Translations under genes and position numbers: made by a program
The notes under the pieces: generated by a model
Told to the model about the DNA's origin: nothing
Database searches by the model: none
The model's input: the letters and a program-made list of their open reading frames with translations, nothing else
Shown: piece after piece, positions 27,320 through 38,197 of the stretch
Layout: each line of letters opens with the position of its first letter
Numbering within the stretch: position 1 is the stretch's first letter
Origin: an uncultured Planctomycetales bacterium
Lineage (GTDB): Bacteria > Omnitrophota > Gorgyraeia > Zapsychrales > Fredricksoniimonadaceae
DNA length: 64,000 nucleotides
Assembly: GCA_964583975.1 (NCBI GenBank)
Contig: CAZOXU010000008.1
Coordinates: forward strand, 2,745 to 66,744
Reading direction: 5' to 3'

Positions 27320-29683
27320 ATGTCCGATACAAAAGTTTTCTTATTAGATGCGCATGGGATATGTTACCGTGCCTTTTATGCCGTTAAAGCCCTTGTTAAT
27401 TCTAAGGGCAAGCCCACCAATGCCGTATTCGGTTTTTGTAATATTTTAAGAAAATTAATCAAAGATTTTCAGCCCACCTATATGGCTGCTTGTTTTGATG
27501 TGGGTAAGGTGACGCTCAGACAGGAAAAGTATGCAGATTATAAAGTTCAGCGTCAGTCCATGCCTGAAGACTTGAGAAGTCAAATTCCAATTATCTACGA
27601 AGTTTTAAAAGCCTACGGCATTCCTATCTATGAGAAGGAAGGATACGAGGCTGATGATGTAATGGCCACCATTGCTCATCAATTGAGTGATCGAAAAGCA
27701 GAAGTTGTGATTGTCAGTGACGATAAAGATTTAAGCCAATTAATGAGTGATCGTGTCCATGTATACAGCGCTCGCCAGGAGAAAATATTAACGGATAAGG
27801 ATATTGAGGAAAAATTTGGAGTGCCATCGTCAAAAATAGTGGACTTTCTTTCCTTAGCAGGAGATTCTTCAGATAATATCCCTGGAGTTGATGGGGTTGG
27901 TCAGGTTTCGGCAGTAAAATTACTAAGTAGGTACGATTCACTCAAAGATATTTATAAGCATATTGATGAAATTGCTCCTGCTAAGCTACAGGAAAAATTA
28001 AGGGTAGGAAAATCACAGGCTGAGTTGAGTCATGAATTAGCTACCGTTGATAAAAATCTTCCTATTAAAATCAACTTAGAAGATCTAAAGATCAAAAATT
28101 CAGATACTAAGCAGCTGCTGGCAATCTTTACAGAATTAGAGTTTCGTAAATTTGCTCAAGAACTGAATTCAGACTCTAGCTTAGTGCAATCAGCGTCCAA
28201 AGCCCCATCCGAGATGCTTGATCCTATTAGATATTTGAAGCTGAAGGAAGCCTCGCAAGAAGTGGCGGTTGTCTATGATCTAAAAGATTTATGTAGAAAA
28301 CAACAGTGCCCTAAGGAAGACAAGATTTTTGATTTATTTTTGGCTCAATATTTATTGGCAGGAGGGGTCAATCGAGGAGAGTTTCTCAAGCCTGGTACGG
28401 AAGGCGAAGTTATTGATCTTTATAAGGATTTTAAGAAACAGATTCATGAGCAACAGTTGGATAATTTGTTTTACGATGTGGAAATACCGTTGTCACGAGT
28501 GCTTTTTGAAATGGAGAGCAATGGGGTGCAGTTGGATTTAAAAGTTTTAAAGAAATTATCCGAAGAGTGTTCAAAGAAAATGCAAGCCCTCCAAGAGACT
28601 CTTCACAAGGAAGCGGGCGGGGAGTTTAATCTTAATTCTCCTAAACAATTAAGTGAGATCCTTTTCGAACGTCTCAAACTTCCTGTGATTAAGAAAACCA
28701 AGACCGGCTTTTCAACCGATGAAGAAGTTTTGACCAAACTTGCTGACAAGCATCCGATTCCAGCTTTAATTTTAGAACATCGTCAATTAGCTAAATTAAA
28801 ATCAACCTATCTGGATGCATTGCCAGAGCTAGTTGATGCCCAAAGCAGGGTCCATGCTTCTTTTAATCAAACAGGCGCTGAAACCGGACGTTTGAGTTCA
28901 AACAATCCAAATTTACAAAATATTCCTATACGAACAGAGCTAGGTAAACAAATCCGTCGAGCTTTTGTAGCATATGAAAAAGGACATCGTTTATTATCCG
29001 CTGATTATTCGCAAATCGAATTGCGCCTCTTGGCCCATTACTGTGAAGATCCAAATTTAGTTAAGGCTTTTAAATCCGATGGAGATATTCACCGCTATAC
29101 AGCATCTTTGATGTTCGATGTTAAAGAAAACAAGGTCGATGATACGATGCGTTATGCCGCTAAGCGCATTAATTTCGGTATTATTTATGGGATGAGTTCG
29201 TTTGGTTTAGCGAAGGATTTGAATGTATCTATGTCTCAGTCTCAGGATTTTATTGATCGATATTTCTTACGTTATCCTAAGGTCCGGGAATATATGGATC
29301 ATTGCATTGAACAGGCTAAGAATGATGGTTTTGTAGAAACCCTATTTCATCGCCGCAGGTATTTGCCAGATATTAAGAGTGCTAATTTGGGCTTAAGGCA
29401 ATTTGCCCAACGCCAGGCGATCAATGCACCATTACAAGGAACAGCCGCTGATCTTATTAAGATTGCAATGGTGAGAATCGCTGATGCCATTAAGGCCAAG
29501 AAATTATCTTCTGTAATGATTATGACTGTTCATGACGAACTGGTGTTTGATATTCTTGAAAAAGAACAAGAATCAATGAAGGATTTGGTTCAGCATCATA
29601 TGGAACATGTGATGAAATTATCAGTGCCTTTAAAGGCAGATTTGAAGATTGGTAATAATTGGTTAGAAATGGATAAAATTTAA
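27320..29683 (+). CDS. polA: DNA polymerase I (5'-3' exonuclease plus polymerase; short form without an intact 3'-5' proofreading domain)
   Basis: N-terminal FEN domain, and family-A polymerase motifs DYSQIELR and a motif-B-like region. The 787-aa length is too short for a full E. coli-like 3'-5' exonuclease domain. Confidence 0.9.
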   Translation: MSDTKVFLLDAHGICYRAFYAVKALVNSKGKPTNAVFGFCNILRKLIKDFQPTYMAACFDVGKVTLRQEKYADYKVQRQSMPEDLRSQIPIIYEVLKAYGIPIYEKEGYEADDVMATIAHQLSDRKAEVVIVSDDKDLSQLMSDRVHVYSARQEKILTDKDIEEKFGVPSSKIVDFLSLAGDSSDNIPGVDGVGQVSAVKLLSRYDSLKDIYKHIDEIAPAKLQEKLRVGKSQAELSHELATVDKNLPIKINLEDLKIKNSDTKQLLAIFTELEFRKFAQELNSDSSLVQSASKAPSEMLDPIRYLKLKEASQEVAVVYDLKDLCRKQQCPKEDKIFDLFLAQYLLAGGVNRGEFLKPGTEGEVIDLYKDFKKQIHEQQLDNLFYDVEIPLSRVLFEMESNGVQLDLKVLKKLSEECSKKMQALQETLHKEAGGEFNLNSPKQLSEILFERLKLPVIKKTKTGFSTDEEVLTKLADKHPIPALILEHRQLAKLKSTYLDALPELVDAQSRVHASFNQTGAETGRLSSNNPNLQNIPIRTELGKQIRRAFVAYEKGHRLLSADYSQIELRLLAHYCEDPNLVKAFKSDGDIHRYTASLMFDVKENKVDDTMRYAAKRINFGIIYGMSSFGLAKDLNVSMSQSQDFIDRYFLRYPKVREYMDHCIEQAKNDGFVETLFHRRRYLPDIKSANLGLRQFAQRQAINAPLQGTAADLIKIAMVRIADAIKAKKLSSVMIMTVHDELVFDILEKEQESMKDLVQHHMEHVMKLSVPLKADLKIGNNWLEMDKI

Positions 29684-29703
29684 GGAAGGTCAGGGGCTCA
29701 TTT

Positions 29704-31092
29704 ATGAGAATAGCATTTTGTGCATCAGAAGTAGTTCCTTTTGCCAAGACAGGGGGGTTGGCCGATGTTTGCGGATCGTTGCCTCCGGCCTTGGAACAAT
29801 TAGGTCATGAAATTGTTATTATTACGCCTCGTTATGGTTCAGCAGGCGGCCCAGCATCTTCTCCGGTGGTTAGAATAGGACAGAACGTTAAGGTTTATTT
29901 TGTTGAACATAAACATTATTTTGGTCGCGATGGTCTATATGGCGACATCAACGGTGATTATCGGGATAATTTAGAGCGGTTCTCTTATCTGTGCCACCAT
30001 ACACTTAAAATTTTAAAAGATGTCGGTTTTAAGCCTGATATTGTGCATTGTCATGATTGGCATACCGCTTTGCTTCCAGCTTTATTGAAGACAAAATATG
30101 ATAAAGATCCCTTTTATAAAAAAACCCGAAGCGTTTTAACCATTCATAATCTGGCTTATCAGGGGGTTTTCCCTCGCGAACAATATTCGATTTTAGGGGT
30201 GGATGGCAATTTGTTTAATACGCAGGGATTTGAATTTTACCATCAAGTCAATGTATTAAAAGGTGGTATTAATTTTTCGGATGCTATTACAACTGTTTCG
30301 CCGTGTTATTCCAAGGAAATGCAAACACCCGAATTTGGTTGTTCTTTGGATGGTGTTCTAAGAAACCATTCCGGAGATATATATGGCATTTTAAATGGCT
30401 TGGATTATGAAGCTTGGAAACCTCAGGAGGATCCTTTTTTATTTGTCCCTTTTACGGCAGGCGATTGGGACAACAAGTTGCGTAATAAAGCTTTTTTACA
30501 AGAATCATTAGGTTTAAATGTTGATCCCAAGCGTCCTTTATTTGGTTTTGTGGCCCGGCTTTGCCATCAAAAGGGTGTTGATCTAATACTTCAGGCCATA
30601 CCAGAGATCATTAAAATGGGCGGGCAGCTTGCTTTGACAGGCATTGGAGAGAGAAAATACCACCGTCAATTAGAAGAATGCGCCAAAGAGCATCCTAAAA
30701 ATGTTGGAATTTATCTTAAGTTTGAAGAAAGAATTGCCCATCAGATTTATGCTGGCTCAGATTTCTTTTTAATGCCTTCTGTGTATGAGCCTTGTGGTTT
30801 AGGTCAAATGATTGCCTTACGTTACGGAAGCATTCCTATTGTTTACAAAACAGGTGGTTTAGCTGATACCATTTCTTTATATGATCCGATCCACCATACA
30901 GGTAATGGCTTTTTATTTACCGAGTATACCAAACCTGCTTTTGTGAAAGCTGTTGCCGAGGCAGTCAAAGTCTATGCCGATCATAAACAAATGGAGTTTT
31001 TGGTGTCCCACGGTATGCGTCATCGTTTTACATGGGAGAAATCAGCCAAAGAATACGTGAGAGTATACGAAAAATGTCTATCGTTGGATTAA
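29704..31092 (+). CDS. glgA: Glycogen synthase (ADP-glucose type)
   Basis: MRIAFCASEVVPFAKTGGLADV N-terminal motif. 462 aa. Confidence 0.9.
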   Translation: MRIAFCASEVVPFAKTGGLADVCGSLPPALEQLGHEIVIITPRYGSAGGPASSPVVRIGQNVKVYFVEHKHYFGRDGLYGDINGDYRDNLERFSYLCHHTLKILKDVGFKPDIVHCHDWHTALLPALLKTKYDKDPFYKKTRSVLTIHNLAYQGVFPREQYSILGVDGNLFNTQGFEFYHQVNVLKGGINFSDAITTVSPCYSKEMQTPEFGCSLDGVLRNHSGDIYGILNGLDYEAWKPQEDPFLFVPFTAGDWDNKLRNKAFLQESLGLNVDPKRPLFGFVARLCHQKGVDLILQAIPEIIKMGGQLALTGIGERKYHRQLEECAKEHPKNVGIYLKFEERIAHQIYAGSDFFLMPSVYEPCGLGQMIALRYGSIPIVYKTGGLADTISLYDPIHHTGNGFLFTEYTKPAFVKAVAEAVKVYADHKQMEFLVSHGMRHRFTWEKSAKEYVRVYEKCLSLD

Positions 31093-31664
31093 CAGGTAGC
31101 TTTGGTTCGGGTAAATCTACTGTAGCCGCTCTTTTTAAGGCCCACGGAGCTAAGATCATTGATGCTGATGCGATTACGCGCTCTATTTTGGAGAAAAATA
31201 CAAATTGTATAAAAAAAGTGGTAAAAGTATTTGGTCATGCTATACTTCTGGCAAATAAGATTAACCGGATTGCTCTAGCCAAAATTGTTTTCCAAGATCC
31301 GCGTGAATTAAAGAAACTCACCGATATCCTTTATCCAATTGGCTTAAAAGAAGTAAAAAAGCAAATTACAAAATATAAACATGCAAAACTGATTGTCTTG
31401 GACGTTCCATTATTGTACGAATCTGGCTGGAATAAGCTAACAGATGTAAACATAGTTGTACGGTCAAATCGCAAATTACAAATCAAACGACTAATTAAAA
31501 GAACAAAGCTTACCAAGTCCGATATCCTCAAAAGAATTAGATGTCAAATGCCAATCAAGCAAAAAATACAACAAGCAGATATTGTTATTGATAATAGGGG
31601 TTCATTAACCCACACACGCGCCCAGGTTGCTGCGGTTGTGGATAGATTGAATAAAAGAACATAA
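31074..31664 (+). CDS. coaE: Dephospho-CoA kinase
   Basis: P-loop GLTGSFGSGKST at the N-terminus. Start MSIVGLTG at 31074 overlaps the glgA 3' end by 19 nt. Confidence 0.85.
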   Translation: MSIVGLTGSFGSGKSTVAALFKAHGAKIIDADAITRSILEKNTNCIKKVVKVFGHAILLANKINRIALAKIVFQDPRELKKLTDILYPIGLKEVKKQITKYKHAKLIVLDVPLLYESGWNKLTDVNIVVRSNRKLQIKRLIKRTKLTKSDILKRIRCQMPIKQKIQQADIVIDNRGSLTHTRAQVAAVVDRLNKRT

Positions 31665-31694
31665 AGTTAGTAGTACCTAAAAGGAGAGAAATGC

Positions 31695-33044
31695 ATGAGT
31701 AGGTCCGAAACGAAACAAGACAAAGAAGAAAAACTAGATAAAGAAAATGGTAATGGCAATGGTGATTATAAACCTGCTAACCCAGGAGGCAAAGCCGTTA
31801 ATATTGAAGATCTCAAAGAAATGAAGATGGCTGAATTAACCAAGTTGGCCAAAGATTTGGATGTGCAGGGAGCCAGCAGTTTAAAGAAGCAAGATTTGAT
31901 CTTTAAGATCCTTCAAGCCCAAGCTGAAAAAGAAGGTTTGATGTTTGGCCAAGGCACCTTAGAAATCTTGTCTGAAGGTTTTGGATTCCTACGTTCTGCT
32001 AATTACAATTATCTTCCATGTCCGGATGATATTTATATTTCTCCCTCTCAAATACGTCGTTTTGATCTAAAAACTGGTGACACTGTTTCCGGCCAGATTC
32101 GTCCTCCAAAGGAAGGTGAAAAGTATTTTGCCCTTCTAAAGGTTGAGGCTGTTAACTTTGAAAATCCAGAGAAATGCAAAGACAAAATCTTTTTCGATAA
32201 TTTGACCCCACTTTATCCTAAAGAACGTCTGAATTTAGAAACCACCCAACAAGAAGTTTCCACTCGTATTATTAATCTTTTGACCCCTATCGGAAAAGGT
32301 CAAAGAGCTTTAATCGTTGCTCCACCTTATAGTGGTAAAACGGTTATTTTACAAAAAGTCGCTAACGCGATTGTTCAAAACCATCCTGAAGTTATCCTCA
32401 TCGTGCTTTTAATTGATGAGCGTCCTGAAGAAGTTACCGATATGCAAAGAAGTGTAAAGGGAGAAGTTATTGCCTCTACATTTGACGAGCCAGCCGAACG
32501 TCACGTTCAAATTGCTGAAATCGTTATTGAAAAAGCCAAGCGTTTGGTCGAACACAAGCGTGATGTGGTGATTTTGCTTGATTCGATTACACGTTTAGCT
32601 CGTGCTTACAATACGGTAGTACCTCACTCAGGAAAGATTCTCTCTGGTGGTGTGGATTCCAATGCCTTACATAAGCCCAAGCGCTTCTTTGGAGCAGCCC
32701 GTAATATTGAAGAGGGTGGTTCCTTGACCATTATTGCGACCTCTCTGGTAGATACCGGAAGCCGTATGGATGAAGTTATTTTCGAAGAATTTAAGGGTAC
32801 CGGTAATATGGAATTGCAGTTGGATCGTAATTTATTCCAACGCCGTATTTACCCAGCGATTGATCTTAAGCGCTCCAATACCCGCCATGAAGAGTTATTG
32901 GTGGCTGAAGGTGATTTACAGCGCGCCTGGCTCTTGCGAAAGGCCTTTAATGACCTTAACGCAGCAGAAGCGATGGAGCTTTTGATTGATAAAATCTCCA
33001 AATTTAAGAGCAACAGCGAGTTCCTACAGAACATGAACAAATAG
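31695..33044 (+). CDS. rho: Transcription termination factor Rho
   Basis: N-terminal domain [11 protein letters not shown] fold, RecA-like ATPase with P-loop APPYSGKT. About 30-aa Lys/Glu/Gly-rich N-terminal extension. Confidence 0.95.
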   Translation: MSRSETKQDKEEKLDKENGNGNGDYKPANPGGKAVNIEDLKEMKMAELTKLAKDLDVQGASSLKKQDLIFKILQAQAEKEGLMFGQGTLEILSEGFGFLRSANYNYLPCPDDIYISPSQIRRFDLKTGDTVSGQIRPPKEGEKYFALLKVEAVNFENPEKCKDKIFFDNLTPLYPKERLNLETTQQEVSTRIINLLTPIGKGQRALIVAPPYSGKTVILQKVANAIVQNHPEVILIVLLIDERPEEVTDMQRSVKGEVIASTFDEPAERHVQIAEIVIEKAKRLVEHKRDVVILLDSITRLARAYNTVVPHSGKILSGGVDSNALHKPKRFFGAARNIEEGGSLTIIATSLVDTGSRMDEVIFEEFKGTGNMELQLDRNLFQRRIYPAIDLKRSNTRHEELLVAEGDLQRAWLLRKAFNDLNAAEAMELLIDKISKFKSNSEFLQNMNK

Positions 33045-33066
33045 GGCTTAAGGCCATAAAGTATCC

Positions 33067-33095
33067 TTGCCAAATATGAAGAAATAGGGTAATAT
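33067..33095 (+). promoter_or_regulatory. Candidate sigma-70 promoter for rpmE: TTGCCA-N17-TAATAT
   Basis: Hexamers 33067-33072 and 33090-33095 with a 17-nt spacer. Followed by a short hairpin, ccgcctaaggcgg, in the leader. Confidence 0.35.
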
Positions 33096-33162
33096 ATCGC
33101 CCTTTCCGCCTAAGGCGGATCAGCTATTGGCTGAAAAATTTTTAAACGGAGGTAGGAAAGAA

Positions 33163-33366
33163 ATGAAAGCAGAGATTCATCCAACATACGAAGAAACCAC
33201 CATCACATGCGCCTGCGGTAACGTAGTTCATACGCGTGCAACAAAGAAGAATATCCGCGTGGAAATTTGTTCCCAGTGCCATCCATTCTTCACAGGATCC
33301 AAGAAATTAGTGGATACTGCTGGTCGCATCGAGCGTTTCAACAAACGTTATGCTAAAGGAAAATGA
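33163..33366 (+). CDS. rpmE: 50S ribosomal protein L31 (zinc-binding type)
   Basis: Start MKAEIHPTY, with CxC...CxxC zinc ligands. RBS GGAGG. Confidence 0.9.
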   Translation: MKAEIHPTYEETTITCACGNVVHTRATKKNIRVEICSQCHPFFTGSKKLVDTAGRIERFNKRYAKGK

Positions 33367-34438
33367 TCAGGCCAAATTAGTTAAGGCCGAAGAGCGTTTT
33401 CATGAGCTCGAGAAGCTTCTGGCTGATGAGTCTGTTGTCTCTAATCAAGGACAATACGGCAAATTGGCTAAGGAGTTCTCTGAGCTTACGTCGCTCATTG
33501 AGCTTTATCGTTCATACCAAAAAGCAGTCGTTCAGGTCAACGAGCTGCAAGAAATCATTAAAGGCAAGGGCGATGCTGATTTTAAAGAATTAGCCCAATC
33601 CGAACTTATTGACCTCGAACCCAAACTCCAAGATTACACCCAACAATTAACTGACTATTTAGACCCATCTAAGAACGAGCCGGATAAGAATTTAATCATT
33701 GAAATCCGAGCCGGTACAGGTGGTTTAGAGGCCTCTTTGTTTGCCGGAGATTTATATCGCATGTATACCAAATATGCTGACCTTAAGGGTTGGAATTTGG
33801 AATTAATGGAATACTCTGATACAGAAGCAGGAGGGATCAAGGAAGTTGTTTTTTCTTTAGGTGGTAAGCAATGTTCCAAGCGTCTAAAGTGGGAAAGTGG
33901 AATTCATCGCGTCCAGCGCGTGCCTAGTACTGAAGCTTCAGGCCGTATTCATACTTCAGCGGTCACAGTGGCCGTTATGTTTGAACCAGAAGAAATTGAG
34001 TTGGAGATCCAACAAAAGGACCTTAAGATTGACGTTTACCGTTCCTCAGGTCCTGGTGGGCAAAGTGTTAACACTACCGATTCAGCTGTCCGAATTACAC
34101 ACGGTCCTACAGGAACTGTGGTTGTCTGCCAAGATGAACGCTCCCAATTAAAGAATCGGGCCAAGGCCATGCGTATTTTGCGAGCTAGAATCCTTGATAA
34201 AATGCATCAAGATGCTTTTGCTAAAGAAGCAGCGCTTCGTAAATCCCAGGTTGGCTCGGGAGACCGTAGTGAGAAAATCCGTACCTATAATTTCCCTGAT
34301 CGCCGTGTTACGGACCATCGTATTGGTTTTACCAGTCATCGGCTTGAAGCTATTTTAAATGGCGATATGGATGAATTGACCGATGCGCTTATGGTGGCTG
34401 AACGAGAAGCTAAGGAGCAGGCACAGATCCAACAATGA
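33350..34438 (+). CDS. prfA: Peptide chain release factor 1
   Basis: GGQ motif ([19 protein letters not shown]) and an RF-1-type domain 2. Confidence 0.9.
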   Translation: MLKENDQAKLVKAEERFHELEKLLADESVVSNQGQYGKLAKEFSELTSLIELYRSYQKAVVQVNELQEIIKGKGDADFKELAQSELIDLEPKLQDYTQQLTDYLDPSKNEPDKNLIIEIRAGTGGLEASLFAGDLYRMYTKYADLKGWNLELMEYSDTEAGGIKEVVFSLGGKQCSKRLKWESGIHRVQRVPSTEASGRIHTSAVTVAVMFEPEEIELEIQQKDLKIDVYRSSGPGGQSVNTTDSAVRITHGPTGTVVVCQDERSQLKNRAKAMRILRARILDKMHQDAFAKEAALRKSQVGSGDRSEKIRTYNFPDRRVTDHRIGFTSHRLEAILNGDMDELTDALMVAEREAKEQAQIQQ

Positions 34439-35196
34439 GTGAAGATGAATTAATTCTGACCCATATTTTTAAGTGTTCCCGCAGTTCGTATTACCTTCAA
34501 AAACCACAATTAAGCCAACAACAGCAAGCAGAGTTTCAATCGATCAAATTACGCCGTAGCCAAGGTGAGCCGCTGCAGTATATTTTAGGCAGTTGTGATT
34601 TTATGGGTTTGGAGTTGAAGGTAGATGCAAGAGTGCTTGTGCCTCGACCTGAGACTGAAGTTTTAGTCGATCTGGCGCTGAAGAAGTTTAAAGGAACAGC
34701 AATTTTGGATATAGGCACTGGTTCGGGAAATATTGCCATTGCATTAGCCAAACATTTACCGCAGGCTAAGATTATAACCGTGGATATATCCAAGGATGCG
34801 CAGAGTCTGGCTCGGGAGAATGCAATAAACCATAAAGTGCAAGGACAGATTGAGTTTGTCGGTTGTGATATAGCCACATATAAAACACAGCAGAAATTTG
34901 ATTTAGTGATTTCTAATCCGCCCTACATTCCAAAAGCACGAATGGCCCAATTGCCTATTGATGTTCAAAAAGAACCATTGTTAGCGCTTGATGGAGGCCT
35001 CGATGGTTTGGATTTTTATCGTACTATTATAAAGATGATTCCGGGCTTGATAAGAGCAGGGGGTTGCCTTATGATGGAGTTTGGCGACGGACAAGCATTA
35101 GCTATCCGAGAGCTTATTTCTAAATCACAGTTATTTCCCAATATTACAATCCATCAGGACTTAGCTGGAAAAGATCGTATTATTTGTGCGCCATAA
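34435..35196 (+). CDS. prmC: Release factor glutamine N5-methyltransferase
   Basis: SAM motif LDIGTGSGNIA and NPPY motif. Overlaps the prfA stop. Confidence 0.85.
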   Translation: MSEDELILTHIFKCSRSSYYLQKPQLSQQQQAEFQSIKLRRSQGEPLQYILGSCDFMGLELKVDARVLVPRPETEVLVDLALKKFKGTAILDIGTGSGNIAIALAKHLPQAKIITVDISKDAQSLARENAINHKVQGQIEFVGCDIATYKTQQKFDLVISNPPYIPKARMAQLPIDVQKEPLLALDGGLDGLDFYRTIIKMIPGLIRAGGCLMMEFGDGQALAIRELISKSQLFPNITIHQDLAGKDRIICAP

Positions 35197-35255
35197 AAAA
35201 GCCCCGCTTGGCCTATAGGGCCAAAGCAGCGGGGTCCTAAAAGGAGAGAGTTTTC

Positions 35256-36515
35256 ATGGAGAAATTTGTTATTGAAGGTGGTCGGCCTTTAAAAGGAAAA
35301 ATCAGAGTCAGTGGTTCTAAAAATGCCACCTTACCTATATTAGCTGCGACGCTGTTGACTGACGGGGTTTGCGAAATTCGTAATGTGCCTAAACTGCGTG
35401 ATACCTGGACCATGTGCCGACTGCTTAGATCTTTAGGTAAGACCGTTGAAATTAGTGGTAATAAGGTCAAGATTTCCGGGGCAGCCAACACCCACATTGC
35501 CGATTACAAGCTGGTTTCTACCATGCGCGGTTCATTTTGCGTTTTGGGTCCTTTGTTAGCCAAGCTTGGTAAAGCTAAGGTTTCAATGCCAGGCGGATGC
35601 GTTATTGGGGTTCGACCGGTTGATTTGCATATGAAAGGGATTCTTGCTTTAGGGGCCAAGGCTGATTTTGAAGGCGGGGATGTGATTGCCTGCGCACCTA
35701 AACTTAAAGGGGCTCACATGTATCTGGGAGGTATTTTTGGTTCTTCTGTTTTAGCAACTGCTAATGTGATGATGGCCGCTGTATTGGCTTATGGTGAGAC
35801 GATTATTGAATGCGCTGCTTGCGAACCTGAAATGGAAGAATTAGGAAATTTCTTATCCTTAATGGGCGCTAAGATTTCTGGTCACGGAACACCAAGAATT
35901 GTGATCAATGGAGTTAGAAAGCTCAATGGAGCTAATTATCGCATTGGTTCAGATAGAATCGAGGCAGGAACCTTTATGATCATGGCTGCTGCTGCCAAGA
36001 GTGACATTTTAGTCGAAGATGTTCAGTATTCACAATTATTAGCTTTGGTAGATAAATTACAGAGTATTGGTGTGGAAGTTAAAAAAGATGGTAATGATAT
36101 TCGTATTCGCTGCAAGAAGACTTTAAAACCTGCGAATGTAGCGACCCATCCGCATCCAGGATTTCCAACTGATTTGCAGGCGCAATATATGACCTTAATG
36201 GCTCTCACACCAGGGGTAAGTATTGTGACCGATCGAGTTTTTCCTGATCGTTTTATGCATATTGCCGAGCTTAATCGTATGGGGGCTCAAATCCGTCGTG
36301 ATTCAGGCAGTGCGATCATTGAAGGGGTTAAACAATTATATGGAGCGCCAGTTATGGCTTCAGACTTGCGTGCCTCAGCAGCCCTTGTGATTGCAGGATT
36401 AGTGGCCAAAGGTAAGACAGAAATCCATCGTATTTACCATCTTGATCGCGGATATGAAGAATTGGATCAGAAATTAGTTCAATTAGGTGCTAAGGTTTTT
36501 CGAGAAAAGGAATAA
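35256..36515 (+). CDS. murA: UDP-N-acetylglucosamine 1-carboxyvinyltransferase
   Basis: Start RVSGSKNATLPILAA, and active-site region with Cys (CVIGVRPVDLH). Confidence 0.95.
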   Translation: MEKFVIEGGRPLKGKIRVSGSKNATLPILAATLLTDGVCEIRNVPKLRDTWTMCRLLRSLGKTVEISGNKVKISGAANTHIADYKLVSTMRGSFCVLGPLLAKLGKAKVSMPGGCVIGVRPVDLHMKGILALGAKADFEGGDVIACAPKLKGAHMYLGGIFGSSVLATANVMMAAVLAYGETIIECAACEPEMEELGNFLSLMGAKISGHGTPRIVINGVRKLNGANYRIGSDRIEAGTFMIMAAAAKSDILVEDVQYSQLLALVDKLQSIGVEVKKDGNDIRIRCKKTLKPANVATHPHPGFPTDLQAQYMTLMALTPGVSIVTDRVFPDRFMHIAELNRMGAQIRRDSGSAIIEGVKQLYGAPVMASDLRASAALVIAGLVAKGKTEIHRIYHLDRGYEELDQKLVQLGAKVFREKE

Positions 36516-36516
36516 T

Positions 36517-36604
36517 GTAGGGGCGGGGTTACCCCGCCCTCCACAGGGCTGGGCGACCCAGCCCGTACGGGCGAGCCCGCCTGCCGGCAGGGTTGCCTCG
36601 TCCT
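36517..36604. repeat. Three tandem GC-rich palindromic (REP-like) units, family B
   Basis: gtaggggcggggttaccccgccc / agggctgggcgacccagcccgtac / gggcgagcccgcctgccggcaggg. Between murA and trpG. Confidence 0.7.
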
Positions 36605-36617
36605 TTATAAGGCATAT

Positions 36618-37184
36618 ATGATTTTAATGATTGATAACTACGATTCATTCACCTACAACCTTGTCCAATATTTTGGAGAGCTCAAGGCTGATATCAAGGT
36701 GTATCGTAATGATGCTTTGACCTTGGCAGATATTCGTCGCCTGAAGCCTAAGAAGATTGTTATATCTCCTGGGCCAGGCCGCCCTGAAGATGCAGGTGTT
36801 TCTGTGGAAGTTATAAAGAAGCTGGCAGGCGAGATTCCTATTTTTGGTGTTTGCCTAGGTCATCAGGGAATTGGTTATGCCTATGGGGCCAAAATTATCA
36901 ATGCCAAAAGATTGATGCATGGTAAGACATCCAAGATTGAACACAATAACAAGGATTTATTTAAAGGTTTGTCTAATCCTTTTGAAGCAACCCGGTATCA
37001 TTCCTTAGTCATTGATCGTAAAACTCTGCCCAGTTGTCTGGAAGTCACAGCGTGGAGCAGCGATGATAATGAAATTATGGGCGTACGACATAAAACCTTG
37101 CCTATCTGGGGTGTTCAATTTCATCCTGAATCTATATTGACGATCGAAGGAAAGAAGATCCTCAGCAATTTTCTTAAAATTTAA
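36618..37184 (+). CDS. trpG: Anthranilate synthase component II / glutamine amidotransferase (TrpG or PabA)
   Basis: Class-I GATase with the catalytic triad Cys-His-Glu (GVCLGHQ...FHPES). Immediately upstream of trpD. Confidence 0.8.
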   Translation: MILMIDNYDSFTYNLVQYFGELKADIKVYRNDALTLADIRRLKPKKIVISPGPGRPEDAGVSVEVIKKLAGEIPIFGVCLGHQGIGYAYGAKIINAKRLMHGKTSKIEHNNKDLFKGLSNPFEATRYHSLVIDRKTLPSCLEVTAWSSDDNEIMGVRHKTLPIWGVQFHPESILTIEGKKILSNFLKI

Positions 37185-38197
37185 TGCGAAACTATATTGA
37201 TAAAATTAATAGCCGACAGAATTTGAACCATGATGAAATTACTGTCGTCATGGAATTGATCATGTCAGGTCATACATCACAGGAAGATATTAGTGATTTC
37301 TTGTTAGCTTTAAATGCGAAGGGACCGACCGTTGAAGAAATTACCGCCTGCGCTTTGATGATGCGACGTTTCGTTGTTCCAATTAAAACCCGACACAAGA
37401 TTGTTTTAGATACATGCGGAACAGGCGGGGATCACCGAGGCACCTTCAACATTTCAACCACCGCTGCTTTTGTGATTGCCTCGTGTGGGGTCGCTGTGGC
37501 CAAACACGGCAACCGTTCGGTATCGAGCCAGTGTGGCTCGGCTGATGTCCTTGAAGCGTTGGGGGTGAATGTAGATTTAGATCAACAGAGAGTCAGTGCC
37601 TGCCTCGATCATGTTGGTATTGCATTCTTATTTGCTCAAACACTTCATCCAGCTATGAAAAATGTAGCTCCTGTACGCAAATCACTGGGTGTAAAAACCA
37701 TTTTTAATGTCCTAGGGCCCTTGACCAACCCTGCCTCGGCGACCCATCAAATTGTGGGGGTGTATTCGAGGGATTTGGTTGAACCTATTGCGCATGTCTT
37801 AAAGCATTTAGGGATTAAACGAGCCTTGGTGGTGCATGGCAATGATGGTTTAGATGAAATTACCACGACTGATAAAACCTTTATTGCTGAATTTAATGGT
37901 CAGGAAGTTGTCTCTTATGATATCGATGTCCAAGAATTGGGTATTAAGCGAGCCAGTCCGGAGGATTTAAAGGGTGGGGATAAGATTCAGAATGCTGAAA
38001 TTATTGAAGGAATTTTAGGTGGCCAAAAGGGAGCTAAGCGCGATATTGTCTTGGTTAATTCAGCTTACGGGCTTTATACCGCTGGTGCGGTAGATAGTCT
38101 TAATCTAGGTATTCAGATGGCTGAGCATGCGATTGATTCAGGTCGTGCTTTAAGTAAGTTAAATGAATTAAAGGAGTCAACCAATCGTGTCTGGTGA
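37184..38197 (+). CDS. trpD: Anthranilate phosphoribosyltransferase
   Basis: Motifs DTCGTGGD and NVLGPLTNPA. Confidence 0.9.
   Translation: MRNYIDKINSRQNLNHDEITVVMELIMSGHTSQEDISDFLLALNAKGPTVEEITACALMMRRFVVPIKTRHKIVLDTCGTGGDHRGTFNISTTAAFVIASCGVAVAKHGNRSVSSQCGSADVLEALGVNVDLDQQRVSACLDHVGIAFLFAQTLHPAMKNVAPVRKSLGVKTIFNVLGPLTNPASATHQIVGVYSRDLVEPIAHVLKHLGIKRALVVHGNDGLDEITTTDKTFIAEFNGQEVVSYDIDVQELGIKRASPEDLKGGDKIQNAEIIEGILGGQKGAKRDIVLVNSAYGLYTAGAVDSLNLGIQMAEHAIDSGRALSKLNELKESTNRVW

Noticed and set aside
36618-37184. Calling the 188-aa amidotransferase strictly TrpG
   Set aside because: Not fully rejected. The sequence cannot distinguish TrpG from PabA, or from a dual-function enzyme. Synteny with trpD favours TrpG, so it is annotated as TrpG/PabA-type with moderate confidence.
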